In this document: positions 40,164 to 49,680 of the stretch, in pieces | How the letters are laid out: the number at the start of each line of letters is the position of its first letter | Position numbering within the stretch: the stretch's first letter is position 1 | Source: Myxococcota bacterium | GTDB taxonomy: Bacteria > Myxococcota_A > UBA796 > CAJQPC01 | Assembly: GCA_036012755.1 (NCBI GenBank) | Contig: DASCPX010000112.1 | Coordinates: 1-64,000, forward strand | Length of the DNA: 64,000 bases | Direction of reading: 5' to 3' | Program-made: the position numbers and the translations under genes | The notes under the pieces: model-generated | What the model saw: the letters and a program-made list of their open reading frames with translations, nothing else | The model's database searches: none | What the model was told of the DNA's origin: nothing

Positions 40164-41530
40164 TCGTCGAGGTGGTCCGTGCAGGCCTGGATGAGCGCCA
40201 GCGCCTTGCTGTATTCCTTGCCCCAGGCGTAGTCGACCACCCACTGGCAGAGGATGGTCTTCTCGGCGGAGTGCGGCTCGACCTTGTTGAGGTTGTCGTT
40301 CTCGTCCGGGTCGGCGTCCAGATCGTAGAGGCCCTCGGTCGGCCCGGGCCAGGGGTGGTCGTCGTCGAAGGGGCTGCAGCGGGGCAGATCGTCGCCGGCG
40401 TGGAGGAAGTACTTGCGGCCATCGACGACCGTTCCGGCGGTGTTCGTTCCGCGCTGGAAGAAGACCGGCACCGACTCCGTGCGCTGGCCCACCGCGACCG
40501 GCACCAGGCTGCGTCCTTCGATCTCCTCTGGGATCCGTATCTCCAGCAGGTCGAGCAAGGTGGGGAGCATGTCGGTCGTGCTGACCCTCTGGTCCACGAC
40601 CGTGGGCTCGAGGCCGGGCGCCTGGAAGCTCCAGGTCGTGTTGAGCACGGGCTCGTAGGTGGAACAGCCGTGCTGGTAGTAGTCGTGGTGTGCGCCGAGC
40701 TCCTCTCCGTGGTCCGTGCCGGTGAACACGATGTCCCACCGTCCGGCTTCCTCGAGGGCTTCGCGCACCTGGCCGAGCATCTCGTCGCCCGAGGCCACCT
40801 GGCTCGCATAGACGGCCTCGAGCCAGTTCTCGAAGTCGTCGCCCGGCTCGAGCTCGCCGAGCGTGATGGCTCGGAGCTCCTCGCCCTCGATCGGGGAGCG
40901 GTCCTCGCGCGGGCCGTCGTAGAACTCGTCGATCCAGGGAACGCGCGCGCTGTAGTCGACGTGGGGGTCCCGGAGGTGCAGCCAGAAGAAGGCGTCGCGA
41001 TCTGGCGGGAGGTGGTCGAGATCGTCGACGAAGGCGTCGACCACGACCTGGTCCCGCTCCCGGTCGGTGAGGCCCTCTGCGACCGGAGTCCCGTCCACAC
41101 AGACGGCCTTGTTCCAGCCGCGGTTCTGCATCACGCAGATGTTCGAGGAGTAGCCGAAGGTGGACCACCCTTCGTCCTTCAGCAGCTCCTGCACCATCGG
41201 CGGCATGTCGTCCGGAGCGGGGATGTCCTTGTCGTACACGCCGTGGGTGCGCGGGTAGGTCCCGGTCGCGATCGAGGGCAGGCTGATCACCGTGACGCCG
41301 CGGGTGACCAGGGTGTTCTGCAGGAGCACGCCCTCTTCGAAGAACTCGTTGTGGTTTGGGCTCGAGGGGTGGATCGAGTCTGGGCCGAGGTGATCCTGGT
41401 TGAGCGTGTCGATGGTGAACCACACCACCGTCCTCCCGGGAGGGGCAGGGGCGTCCAGGACCGGGATGTGCAGTCGGGCGGGCCCGCCGGTGTCCGCGCC
41501 CGTGTTGCATGCGATCAAGAGGAGGGTCAT
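40160..41530 (-). CDS. Sulfatase-like lipoprotein, paralog 3
   Basis: IDTLN, GVTVISLPSIATG, HLRDPH, GTDHGE; ATGA overlap. Confidence 0.85.
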   Translation of the reverse strand: MTLLLIACNTGADTGGPARLHIPVLDAPAPPGRTVVWFTIDTLNQDHLGPDSIHPSSPNHNEFFEEGVLLQNTLVTRGVTVISLPSIATGTYPRTHGVYDKDIPAPDDMPPMVQELLKDEGWSTFGYSSNICVMQNRGWNKAVCVDGTPVAEGLTDRERDQVVVDAFVDDLDHLPPDRDAFFWLHLRDPHVDYSARVPWIDEFYDGPREDRSPIEGEELRAITLGELEPGDDFENWLEAVYASQVASGDEMLGQVREALEEAGRWDIVFTGTDHGEELGAHHDYYQHGCSTYEPVLNTTWSFQAPGLEPTVVDQRVSTTDMLPTLLDLLEIRIPEEIEGRSLVPVAVGQRTESVPVFFQRGTNTAGTVVDGRKYFLHAGDDLPRCSPFDDDHPWPGPTEGLYDLDADPDENDNLNKVEPHSAEKTILCQWVVDYAWGKEYSKALALIQACTDHLDE

Positions 41531-42885
41531 TCGGCCAGGTGCTCCGTGCAAGCGTCGATGAGCTCCTGAGCCTGAGCGACGTCGTCGCCCCAATCGTAAT
41601 CCACGACCCACCCGCAGAGGGTCGTCTTCTCGATGGGGTTGGGTTCTGTCTCGGCGAGGTTGTCGGCTTCGTCGGGATCCTGGACCAGGTCGAAGAGGCC
41701 TTCTGTGGGCCCAGGCCACACCTCGTCGCCGCCGAATGGGCGACAGAAGGGCTGCTCTCCCTTGGACAGGAAGTACTTGCGGTCCCCTTCGACGACACCG
41801 GCGGTACCGGAGCCCTTCTGGAAGAAGACCGGCACGATGGAGTCGTCTTCGCCACCCGCGGCCGCGACCAGGCTGCGACCCTCGACGCTCTCTGGGATCG
41901 GGATGTCCAGGATCTCCAGCAGGCTCGGCAACATGTCGGTCGTGCTCACGCTGTCCTCTATGCGGCTGGGCTCGAGCTCCGGCGCGCGCATGCTCCAGGT
42001 CGTGTTGATCACGGGCTCGTAGGTCGAGCAGCCATGGAGGAAGTAGTCGTGATGGGCTCCGAGCTCCTCGCCGTGATCCGTGCCCGTGAAGATGACATCG
42101 AGCCGGTCGGCTCCTTCCAGGGCATCGCGTACCTGGCCGAGCATCGCGTCGCTGGAGGCCACCTGGCTTGCGTAGACCGCGCTCAACCAGTCCTCGAAGC
42201 CGTCAGGAGGCTCCGTCTCTCCGAGCGTGATGCCGTCGAGGTCGTCCATGATGATGGTCGTGCGGCCGTCCCGCGGGGCGTCGTAGAAGTCGCTGATCCA
42301 GGGTTCGCGCGGGCTGTAGGGAGCGTGCGGATCTCGCAGGTGGATCCAGAAGAACGCGTCCTGGTGGGCGGGCAGTCTCGCCAGATCCCGCAGGAAGGCA
42401 TCGACCATCAGCTGGTCGCGCGCCTGGTCGGTGGAGGCTGTCGCGCTGTCCGCGGAGCAGTGCGACTCGGTCCAGCCGCGGCTGTGCATGACGCAGATGT
42501 TGGCGGAGTAGACGTAGGTCTCGAAGCCCTCGTCCTGGAGCAGCTCCTGCACCATCGCAGGCATCGCGCCAGGCGGGGGGATCTGCTTCTCCGTCACGCC
42601 GTGGGTGCGGGGGTAGGTGCCCGTGGCGATCGACGGCAAGCTGATCACCGTCACACCGCGGGTGACGACGGTGTGGGGCATCACCACCCCCTGCTCGAAC
42701 AGCGCCTCGTGGTGCGGGCTCGAGGGGTGGACGGAGTCCGGACCGAGGTGGTCCTGGTTGAGCGTGTCGATGGTGAACCAGACGACCGTCCTCGGGCCAC
42801 TGGTCCTGGCCTCCTGCACGGGTATGCGCAGCGCTGGAGCCGAGGGGTCCTCGGGACCGGCGGCGCAGGCGAGGAGCCAGATCAT
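41527..42885 (-). CDS. Sulfatase-like lipoprotein, paralog 2
   Basis: IDTLN, GVTVISLPSIATG, HLRDPH, GTDHGE; ATGA overlap. Confidence 0.85.
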   Translation of the reverse strand: MIWLLACAAGPEDPSAPALRIPVQEARTSGPRTVVWFTIDTLNQDHLGPDSVHPSSPHHEALFEQGVVMPHTVVTRGVTVISLPSIATGTYPRTHGVTEKQIPPPGAMPAMVQELLQDEGFETYVYSANICVMHSRGWTESHCSADSATASTDQARDQLMVDAFLRDLARLPAHQDAFFWIHLRDPHAPYSPREPWISDFYDAPRDGRTTIIMDDLDGITLGETEPPDGFEDWLSAVYASQVASSDAMLGQVRDALEGADRLDVIFTGTDHGEELGAHHDYFLHGCSTYEPVINTTWSMRAPELEPSRIEDSVSTTDMLPSLLEILDIPIPESVEGRSLVAAAGGEDDSIVPVFFQKGSGTAGVVEGDRKYFLSKGEQPFCRPFGGDEVWPGPTEGLFDLVQDPDEADNLAETEPNPIEKTTLCGWVVDYDWGDDVAQAQELIDACTEHLAE

Positions 42886-44213
42886 TCCAGGTACCCCAGG
42901 GCCCGGAGTCCCTCCAGGGTGGCCTCGTCGACTTCGATCTCGGTCTCGGCAGGGCTACGGAGGACCACGGTGGCCCGGTAGTCGTCCAGCGCCTCGCGGA
43001 GTGTCTGCAGCGGGGTGCCGTCTTCTTCGACGAGACTGGTCTGCTCGTCGTCGCCCCGGTAGAGCGCCTCGCCGCCTCGCCACTGCATGAGCTTCCAGTC
43101 GTCCTGGACCACCATCCACGTGCCGGTCTCGATGGTCTTCAGCCCTCCGCGGTAGCCGATGACGGCGCGCTCCGGCAGCGGCTCGGTCAGATCGAGGCCG
43201 TCGACGGCCTGGGGCAGCTTTCGAACGCCGGCGAGGCTGGCGAGGGTCGGTGCGAGGTCCACCTGGCTCACGTTGTCACGAACGACGCGGCCCTGCGGAA
43301 CTCCCGGGCCGGCGACGAGGAAGACGACGTCGTTGACCTCCTGCCAGGTGCGCGTGTTCAGCCCGTGTCCCCACTTTTCGTGCTCGCCGAAGGCGTCGCC
43401 GTGGTCGGAGATGACGACGATGATGGCGTCCTCCATCTCGAGGTCGGCGACGATGCGCTCTACCCAGTGGTCCATCCAGGCGATCTCGGAGGCGTAGGCG
43501 CTCTTCATCTCGTCGACGGGGTCGGCCTCGTCGACGAAGCCCGGCGCCCGGCGGTGGTAGGGCTGGTGCGCGTCCATGAGGTGGACCCAGACGAAGTCGG
43601 GGCGGGGGTCCGTCTCCAGCGCGTCGGAGAACTCCAGGAGCTTGGCGTGGACCTTCTCCGCGTCGGCGGGGGCTTGTCCTCGGGCCTCGAGGCACCACTC
43701 CTGGGGAGCGTCGGGGTTCGCCGTCTTGGGTCCGGGGTGGACCTCCATGTCGTCGACCCCGAGCTTGTCGTAGAGCTCGAAGCCGCGGGCGTAGCCCTGG
43801 CGACTCAGCATCAGGTGGTTCGTCGTGACCCCGGCGGTCTGGTAGCCGTTGCGGCGGAAGTGCTGCGCGAGGGTGAGGGTGGACTTGTCGAGGACGGGGA
43901 GGGGGAGGAGCTCTCGCCCGGACTCCGCGGACTCGGCGCGCTTGGGGATGGGGCCCTCCAGCACGCCGTGGCGGTCGGCATACTGGCCGGTCATCAGGCT
44001 CATGATGCTCGGCGGCGTCCAGGAGCTGACGGAGTGCGCGTTTTCGTAGACGACGCCTCGCTCCGCGAGGGCTCGCATCGTGGGGGTCCCGTCACCGGAG
44101 AGATCGAGGTGGTCGGCACGCATCGTGTCCAGCACGAAGACGATCACGTCCGGGTGGTTGTCCTGCGCGGTCGCAGGAGCGCATGCGCCGAGACACTGGA
44201 GCAGCAGGAACAT
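42882..44213 (-). CDS. Sulfatase-like protein, divergent member 1
   Basis: LDTMRADHL, WTPPSIMSLMTG, SDHGD, C-terminal LRALGY. Confidence 0.85.
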   Translation of the reverse strand: MFLLLQCLGACAPATAQDNHPDVIVFVLDTMRADHLDLSGDGTPTMRALAERGVVYENAHSVSSWTPPSIMSLMTGQYADRHGVLEGPIPKRAESAESGRELLPLPVLDKSTLTLAQHFRRNGYQTAGVTTNHLMLSRQGYARGFELYDKLGVDDMEVHPGPKTANPDAPQEWCLEARGQAPADAEKVHAKLLEFSDALETDPRPDFVWVHLMDAHQPYHRRAPGFVDEADPVDEMKSAYASEIAWMDHWVERIVADLEMEDAIIVVISDHGDAFGEHEKWGHGLNTRTWQEVNDVVFLVAGPGVPQGRVVRDNVSQVDLAPTLASLAGVRKLPQAVDGLDLTEPLPERAVIGYRGGLKTIETGTWMVVQDDWKLMQWRGGEALYRGDDEQTSLVEEDGTPLQTLREALDDYRATVVLRSPAETEIEVDEATLEGLRALGYLE

Positions 44214-44247
44214 CAACGACGTCTAACCAGTGTGGGACGATGGCCGC

Positions 44248-45003
44248 GTGCTGCTTCTGCTGCTGGCTTGTGTGACGAACCTGCCCGACACCGGGACGGC
44301 CCCGGACTCGGAGGCCGAGGCTGATGCGGACGCGGACGCCGACAGCGACACCGACGCAGACGCAGACGGTGACACCGACGCGGACTCCGACGCTGACGGC
44401 GACGCCGACACCGACGCTGACGGGGACGCGGACAACTGCGTGATGCTCGCCGAGGATCTGCCTGGGAACAACGATGTCGTCGAGCGGGACCTGGGGTCGG
44501 TGGTCAGCGCCGGCGGGGCTCAGCTGTGGCTGAAGAACTTCGACCCCCCGAACCAGTCGAGTTCGGACAAGCACCACGTCTTCGCCGGTCGGACCGTAGA
44601 GGACGCCGGAGACGGTGGCGGGCCGGGTCAGACCGACTTCTGGCGCTTCCGGACCGGCCAGAACTACGGCGGCGGCGGTGACGGCACGATGAAGATCCTG
44701 ACCTCGAAGGAGCCCAACGGGCAGGAAGAGGATCGCCTGCTCGACGACTACGCCTGGGACACCTCCGCGACCTACACCCTGCGCGCGGAGTGGGGCGCCG
44801 ATGGCAACACCCGCTACGCGCTGGATGGCTCCGAGATCTGGTCCTTCGCCTGGGACGTGCCTCTGGACATCCGGTACATCTACGTCGGCAACGACGGCTA
44901 CCACGGCTACGCGACGACCCCCGACGCCCAGTACGTGCGGCTGGTGGCATGGCGCGGAGACAAGCCCGAGCACCTGGACTCTGCGGTCGCGGACTGCCCC
45001 TAA
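44248..45003 (+). CDS. Lipoprotein with (DA/DT)n acidic linker and beta-sandwich domain
   Basis: VLLLLLAC; DADADADSDTDADAD tract. Confidence 0.75.
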   Translation: MLLLLLACVTNLPDTGTAPDSEAEADADADADSDTDADADGDTDADSDADGDADTDADGDADNCVMLAEDLPGNNDVVERDLGSVVSAGGAQLWLKNFDPPNQSSSDKHHVFAGRTVEDAGDGGGPGQTDFWRFRTGQNYGGGGDGTMKILTSKEPNGQEEDRLLDDYAWDTSATYTLRAEWGADGNTRYALDGSEIWSFAWDVPLDIRYIYVGNDGYHGYATTPDAQYVRLVAWRGDKPEHLDSAVADCP

Positions 45004-45013
45004 GAGGACGAGA

Positions 45014-45436
45014 ATGCTCAGCGTCATGGTTCTGGCGGTGGCTTGTACGAAGTCGGTGGACACTCCTACGGACTCTGCAGCCGTCGGCGACTCTGGCGAT
45101 CGTTCAGACAGCGGGCCCAACACCGACAGTGGCGAAGAGCCGGCGAGGGTGTCGGTGACCGTGTCGCTGGATGTCGATGTCGGTTGGGTCATCGTCGTAG
45201 GGGAAGACGAGGAGTGGGACGACATCACCCCGAGCGAGTTTCCTGCGGGCACTGTGCTTGTCGATGAGGTGGACCCGGGTACGTGGTACCTGCTCGCCGC
45301 ATCCCCAGAGCGGGACCGCTGTGAGTCCACGGCTCCGATGACGTTCGCTGCAGGCGATCGTTGGCTTTGGACCGTTTCGGAGTTCTCGAGCGACTACGAC
45401 TACGAAGCGGACTTCTTCGCGTGCGGAGCGCGCTGA
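45014..45436 (+). CDS. Small hypothetical lipoprotein
   Basis: GAGG RBS; MLSVMVLAVAC lipobox; weaker GC3 bias than neighbours. Confidence 0.65.
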   Translation: MLSVMVLAVACTKSVDTPTDSAAVGDSGDRSDSGPNTDSGEEPARVSVTVSLDVDVGWVIVVGEDEEWDDITPSEFPAGTVLVDEVDPGTWYLLAASPERDRCESTAPMTFAAGDRWLWTVSEFSSDYDYEADFFACGAR

Positions 45437-45551
45437 CGCATAGTCCAGCTTGGACCTGATCTCAGGTCCGGCTTCGCCTGGTTCTCACGCGTCGCCAAGC
45501 GACTAGCCCGCATCGTTCATGAGACGCCGTGAGTCGGCTCTTGGGAGCGGA

Positions 45552-45581
45552 ATCGAGATCGAGATCGAGATCGAGATCGAG
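45552..45581. repeat. (ATCGAG)5 intergenic microsatellite
   Basis: Five exact copies followed by degenerate CTCG-containing units, between convergent genes. Confidence 0.9.
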
Positions 45582-45638
45582 AGTCGATGCTCGTGCTCGG
45601 TCCTCGATGGCTCGACGGCTCGACGGAGGTACCAGCTA

Positions 45639-46661
45639 CTAGTACCGGGCCTTCTCGCCGTTCCAGGTCCGCACCAGCCGCCCGTCGGGCACCCCGATGA
45701 CCAACTCGCGCACCCTCCCGCGGTCGTAGGGGAGCGGCAGGTACAGCGCATCGGAGCGCCAGCCGCCGTGGGAACGGCCCCACACCAGGCCGTGCCCGTA
45801 GCCCGCGCCTGTGGACTTGAAGAAGACCTCGGTTTCTCCCTCTGGGGAGATCCTGTAGAGCGAGCTGGTGTCGTAGTCCGCCGCCCAGAGGTAGCCGCAG
45901 GCGTCCATGCGAAGGCCGTCCTTCCACTGGCCTGGGGTCCTGGCGAAGCGCTCGAGTTCCCCGGTCGGGGCCAGGTTCTCGTCCAGCGGTGCCCGGTAGA
46001 TGTTCCCGTCGCCGACCCCCCCGACGTACAGCATGGTCGAGTCGAGGTTCAGCGTGAGCGAGTGGGCCATCCAGCTGTCGTTGGGGCCCTTCTCGAACAG
46101 CACCTCGAGCTCTCCGGACTCGGGGTCCAGCCGGAGCACGTTGCCGTCGGCGATCAGCAGGCTTCCGTCTGGAGCGAGCTCGAGGCCATAGCCCCAATAC
46201 AGGCCGCCCACGACGATCTCCGTGCCCCCCTCGGGCCACAGGCGGTAGACGGCGCCTTCCTCGAGCATCACCATGTAGACGGTGCCGTCGGGGTGGCGCT
46301 GCATCTGCTCGACCCCTCGGATGCCTGGCACGAAGGTCTCGTAGCCGTCGTCGTAGGCGGTCTTGGTCAGCGCGTTTCGACCGTCCCAGCCGACCAGCAT
46401 CCCGTCGTCGTCGAAGGCCATCCCGTGGTACGCGCGGGCACCGTCGAAGATCTTGTCGCCGACGGGCTCCGATGGCAGATCGTCGCAGTCGTACTCGAAG
46501 TCCGGGTAGGGCAGGGGGTCGCCGGGCTGGTAGCTGTCGCCCGTGTCCTCGGAGTCCACGGGTTGGGAGTCGTCCGGCGGCGTGGAGTCCACCGTCGAGT
46601 CGTCCGTTTGCGTGATCGGACCGACGCTGGGGGGCGAGCAGCACAAGAGAGCGATGAGCAT
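45639..46661 (-). CDS. SMP-30/gluconolactonase-like beta-propeller lipoprotein
   Basis: HGMAFDDDG; DGLRMDACGYLW; LYRISPEG. Confidence 0.8.
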   Translation of the reverse strand: MLIALLCCSPPSVGPITQTDDSTVDSTPPDDSQPVDSEDTGDSYQPGDPLPYPDFEYDCDDLPSEPVGDKIFDGARAYHGMAFDDDGMLVGWDGRNALTKTAYDDGYETFVPGIRGVEQMQRHPDGTVYMVMLEEGAVYRLWPEGGTEIVVGGLYWGYGLELAPDGSLLIADGNVLRLDPESGELEVLFEKGPNDSWMAHSLTLNLDSTMLYVGGVGDGNIYRAPLDENLAPTGELERFARTPGQWKDGLRMDACGYLWAADYDTSSLYRISPEGETEVFFKSTGAGYGHGLVWGRSHGGWRSDALYLPLPYDRGRVRELVIGVPDGRLVRTWNGEKARY

Positions 46662-46755
46662 GGACCCAGTGTGCCCGACGCCGGGTGGGGAACGGCGCCT
46701 GGCTCCCGCAAGGTTCCTGTCATGCCGCTGGTCCGGGGCTGCCCCGAGGATCCGG

Positions 46756-47154
46756 TCAGATCACGACGGTGCTGTCTATGCCCGTGAAGATGTTGCCCAT
46801 CGCCTCGCTGCGGCTCATCGCCGTGATGACCGTGCGCTTGGGCACGCCGACGATGAAGGCGTTGTCGTCCATGAGCACCAGCGACTCCTTGGCGCCCTTG
46901 TCGGCGAGGCGGTCGATGGCACCGCTGAGCATGGCGGTGTCGTCGTCGTCGAGCTCGATGCCTCGGGACTCCAAGCGCGCCTTCGCGTGCCTGGAGAAGC
47001 GCAGCTCCGGAGCCTCTCTCGGGCGCTCCAGATCCGCCGCGTGGTCCCTCAGCAGCTGGTCGAAGGCCGTGTCGAAGTCGGCGCTCTTTCCCGGTCGCGA
47101 GCCCGTGCTCGGGGTCGTCGCGATGCCCGGGAGGATGGCGTCGAGGGATCTCAT
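46756..47154 (-). CDS. Flagellar operon protein (TIGR02530 family)
   Basis: LRFSRHAKARLESRGI; KGAKESLV; RTVITAM; FTGIDS. Confidence 0.88.
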   Translation of the reverse strand: MRSLDAILPGIATTPSTGSRPGKSADFDTAFDQLLRDHAADLERPREAPELRFSRHAKARLESRGIELDDDDTAMLSGAIDRLADKGAKESLVLMDDNAFIVGVPKRTVITAMSRSEAMGNIFTGIDSTVVI

Positions 47155-47912
47155 GTCTCGGTCTTCTTGTCCGCGTCGGTGTCCACGCTGGTGGTCTCGC
47201 TGTCGTCGACGTCGTCCTGGTCCGCCTCGGACTCGGAGCCGGTCGTGAGGCGGATGAGCGCCGAGATGTCGACGGTCACGCCGTCGATGCTCGGGCGTGG
47301 GCTGCCGCTGGAGTAGTCCATCTCGTCGACGGTGCCGTGGATGAGCTCTGTCACCTCGACCGAGTTGCCCTGGTCGTCCGCTGCGGTCACCTCGAAGGTG
47401 TACTCGCCCTCTTCGGCCTGGGCACCGCTGGTGGTGGTGCCGTCCCAGGTCCAGGTGCCTTCGCCCTCTTCGAGACCCGAGAGATCCTCGCTGTAGACCA
47501 CGCTGCCGTTGTCGTCGTAGACGGTCACGGTCGCGGAGGTGGCAGAGGACTCGGCGTCGTACATGAGCTCGACCTCGCCCTCGCCGGAGTAGCGGAACTC
47601 GTTGCCCTCTGCGACGACGTCCATGCCGACGAGGTCGGCCATCGCGGCGTTGTTGAGGCTGGAGATGCCCAGCGTGATGGCCTGGGCGATGCCGTTGAGG
47701 GTCATCAGCTGCTCGAGGCTGGAGAAGGTCGCGAGCTGGGCGATGAACTCCTCGTTCGCCATCGGGTCGAGGGGGTCCTGGTTCTGCATCTGCGTGGTCA
47801 GCAGGTTCATGAAGGCGGCCTGGTCGAGGTCCTGGCCTCCGAAGGTCGCGCTGTTGGCGCTGGTGAGTGCCGTCTCGTCCGACAGTCCCGTGATTCCTTC
47901 GATGCTCGACAT
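47151..47912 (-). CDS. flgD: Flagellar hook cap protein FlgD
   Basis: FMNLLTTQMQNQDPLDPM..EFIAQLATFSSLEQ; WDG Ig domain. Confidence 0.95.
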   Translation of the reverse strand: MSSIEGITGLSDETALTSANSATFGGQDLDQAAFMNLLTTQMQNQDPLDPMANEEFIAQLATFSSLEQLMTLNGIAQAITLGISSLNNAAMADLVGMDVVAEGNEFRYSGEGEVELMYDAESSATSATVTVYDDNGSVVYSEDLSGLEEGEGTWTWDGTTTSGAQAEEGEYTFEVTAADDQGNSVEVTELIHGTVDEMDYSSGSPRPSIDGVTVDISALIRLTTGSESEADQDDVDDSETTSVDTDADKKTET

Positions 47913-47919
47913 GGTCCTC

Positions 47920-47946
47920 TCCTCGGATCGACGCCGGTTCGCTTCA
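47920..47946 (-). promoter_or_regulatory. Sigma28-like promoter upstream of flgD
   Basis: Minus strand TGAA-N15-TCCGAGGA; very close to the RBS. Confidence 0.35.
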
Positions 47947-49179
47947 AGCGATGACGTCGAGAAGGGTCCCGCGGATCACCCGCGGCTCTGGTGTTGCCTC
48001 GTCCGTGTCCCCGGCGTCCTCGACGGGCGCGTCGGGACCGTCGAGGGTCTGGCGATTGCGGGTGTCTCGCTCCCTCGCGCTGAACTCGGCGAGGTTGAAG
48101 CCAGCCCGTGTCAGCTCCTCTTGGAGCTCCGGACCGATCTCGCGCAGGGGCTCGACGGCCTCTGCTGCGCCCTCGAGCACCACGCCGATGCCCTCGCCGT
48201 CAGCGGTGATGGCGACCTCGAGATCCTCGTCGATCCGCACTGTCACGGTCTTCGGCATTGGGGCCGCCAGCTCCGGGATCTCCATCTCGAGCGTGCTGAT
48301 GAGCTCGATCGGATCGACGGTGACGGGCTCCGCCTGGGCCTCGATGATGGGCTCGTTGGTTCCGGCGACAGCCATCTCCGGCGTGTTCGTCGTCGATGCC
48401 TGTGGTGTCTTCGGGCGTCGCTGCGGGGCGGCACGCACGGCCACGACCTCGACGCCCTCTGGCAGCGCGGGCTGCTCGGAGGGAGCCTCCTCGCCTGGCA
48501 TCGCGAGGGGGGCCTCTTCGGGTGATCCGAGCGCCTGGGGCCTGGCGGCAAGCGGCGTGGGCTGCGCGAGCTGGAGTCGCGGGAGGACCTGCTCGAGTCG
48601 CGGAAGGACCTGCTCCAGCGGGGGCTCCGTAGTCAGGGCCTGGGGTGTCACCGGCTCAGCGTGCTCGACCGGCGGGAGGTGGCCCTCCAACTTGGAGAGG
48701 ACCGAAGAGGCGGTGTGTTGCGTCGAGACCTCGGCCCGGGGGACCGCCCTGGGCTCGACGCTGTCACCCACGGCCAGAGCGGCCAGGGGCGCGTCGTCCA
48801 GCGGTGCGTCGTCCACGGCCAGCGGTGCATCGGCCAGCGGTGCCTCGCCGAGATGAAGCGGCACCTCGCCCTCGGGCAGCGGCGTGTCGGTCAGGTGATG
48901 GGGCGCGTCGCGCGGGCCCGCGATCCGGGTCATCGGTCGCAGGTCCAGGCCGTGCTCGGCAAGGAGGGGATCGGGGACCTCGGTGTGCCGGTCCAAGAGA
49001 GGCGTCGCCGGATCGGTGTCGGAGGCGAGGCCTTGCTCGATGGGCGCCGAGAATCCGATCTCCGGGGCCTGGGTGTTGGCGGCTTCTGCGAGGAAGCGCT
49101 CGAAGGAGGCCGCCGGTGCCTCTGGACCAGAGGGCCCCAGCATCAGCATCAACAGCGGATCGACCGGCAACAGCTGCAC
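47944..49179 (-). CDS. fliK: Flagellar hook-length control protein FliK
   Basis: Pro/Ala/Glu-rich disordered region plus C-terminal ELQEELTRAGFNL domain; directly upstream of flgD. Confidence 0.7.
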   Translation of the reverse strand: MQLLPVDPLLMLMLGPSGPEAPAASFERFLAEAANTQAPEIGFSAPIEQGLASDTDPATPLLDRHTEVPDPLLAEHGLDLRPMTRIAGPRDAPHHLTDTPLPEGEVPLHLGEAPLADAPLAVDDAPLDDAPLAALAVGDSVEPRAVPRAEVSTQHTASSVLSKLEGHLPPVEHAEPVTPQALTTEPPLEQVLPRLEQVLPRLQLAQPTPLAARPQALGSPEEAPLAMPGEEAPSEQPALPEGVEVVAVRAAPQRRPKTPQASTTNTPEMAVAGTNEPIIEAQAEPVTVDPIELISTLEMEIPELAAPMPKTVTVRIDEDLEVAITADGEGIGVVLEGAAEAVEPLREIGPELQEELTRAGFNLAEFSARERDTRNRQTLDGPDAPVEDAGDTDEATPEPRVIRGTLLDVIA

Positions 49180-49182
49180 GAT

Positions 49183-49680
49183 CTACCTCTGGAGCGTCGG
49201 GAGGGTGAGGCGCTCCGCCAGCGATGCCGCCTTGTCCGGCTCCATGCTGGCCAGCACCTTGCCTGCCTTCGAGGTGTTCATGCCGTCGAGCACCTCTACG
49301 GCGAGGTCCTCTTCCAGCTCCGCGACGAAGGTGCCCGCGTCGCTGGCGCGCATGGACTCCACCATCTTGATCAGCGCGCGGACGCGAGCCTTGCGGACCT
49401 CGTCACCGTCGTCGAGCAGGGTCTCGATCTCCGAGCGGAGAGTCTCGAGCTCGACCAGGCGCTCCTCGATGCGGGTCTCGACCTCGCGCAGCTCGGCCTC
49501 GCGGGCCTCTGCGCTGGCCTCGCGTCGGTCAAGGGCACGCTCGCGAGTCTCCAGCCGGTCGACGAGCTCCTGCATGCCGCGGGTGTCCCCCTCGGGCCAG
49601 GAGGCAGCCTCGGCGAGCGGGACCCCCTCGTCCTGGCCGATCGCGGAGCCGCAGCCGCACAAGAGGGCCAAGAGCAGCAT
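49183..49680 (-). CDS. MotE/FlbB-like flagellar protein
   Basis: Coiled coil then LIKMVESM..AG..L..M..KAGKVLASMEP; lies between fliJ and fliK. Confidence 0.8.
   Translation of the reverse strand: MLLLALLCGCGSAIGQDEGVPLAEAASWPEGDTRGMQELVDRLETRERALDRREASAEAREAELREVETRIEERLVELETLRSEIETLLDDGDEVRKARVRALIKMVESMRASDAGTFVAELEEDLAVEVLDGMNTSKAGKVLASMEPDKAASLAERLTLPTLQR

Noticed and set aside
38790..41855. 1021-aa ORF as one protein
   Set aside because: Its N-terminal part is an off-frame shadow of the upstream paralog; the real start is the coupled ATG at 40163
44310..44432. GACGCC/GACACC-type repeats as a non-coding satellite
   Set aside because: They encode the (DA/DT)n linker of a lipoprotein
37862..46755. 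Insert as a prophage or transposon
   Set aside because: No integrase, transposase, att-like repeat or phage gene was seen
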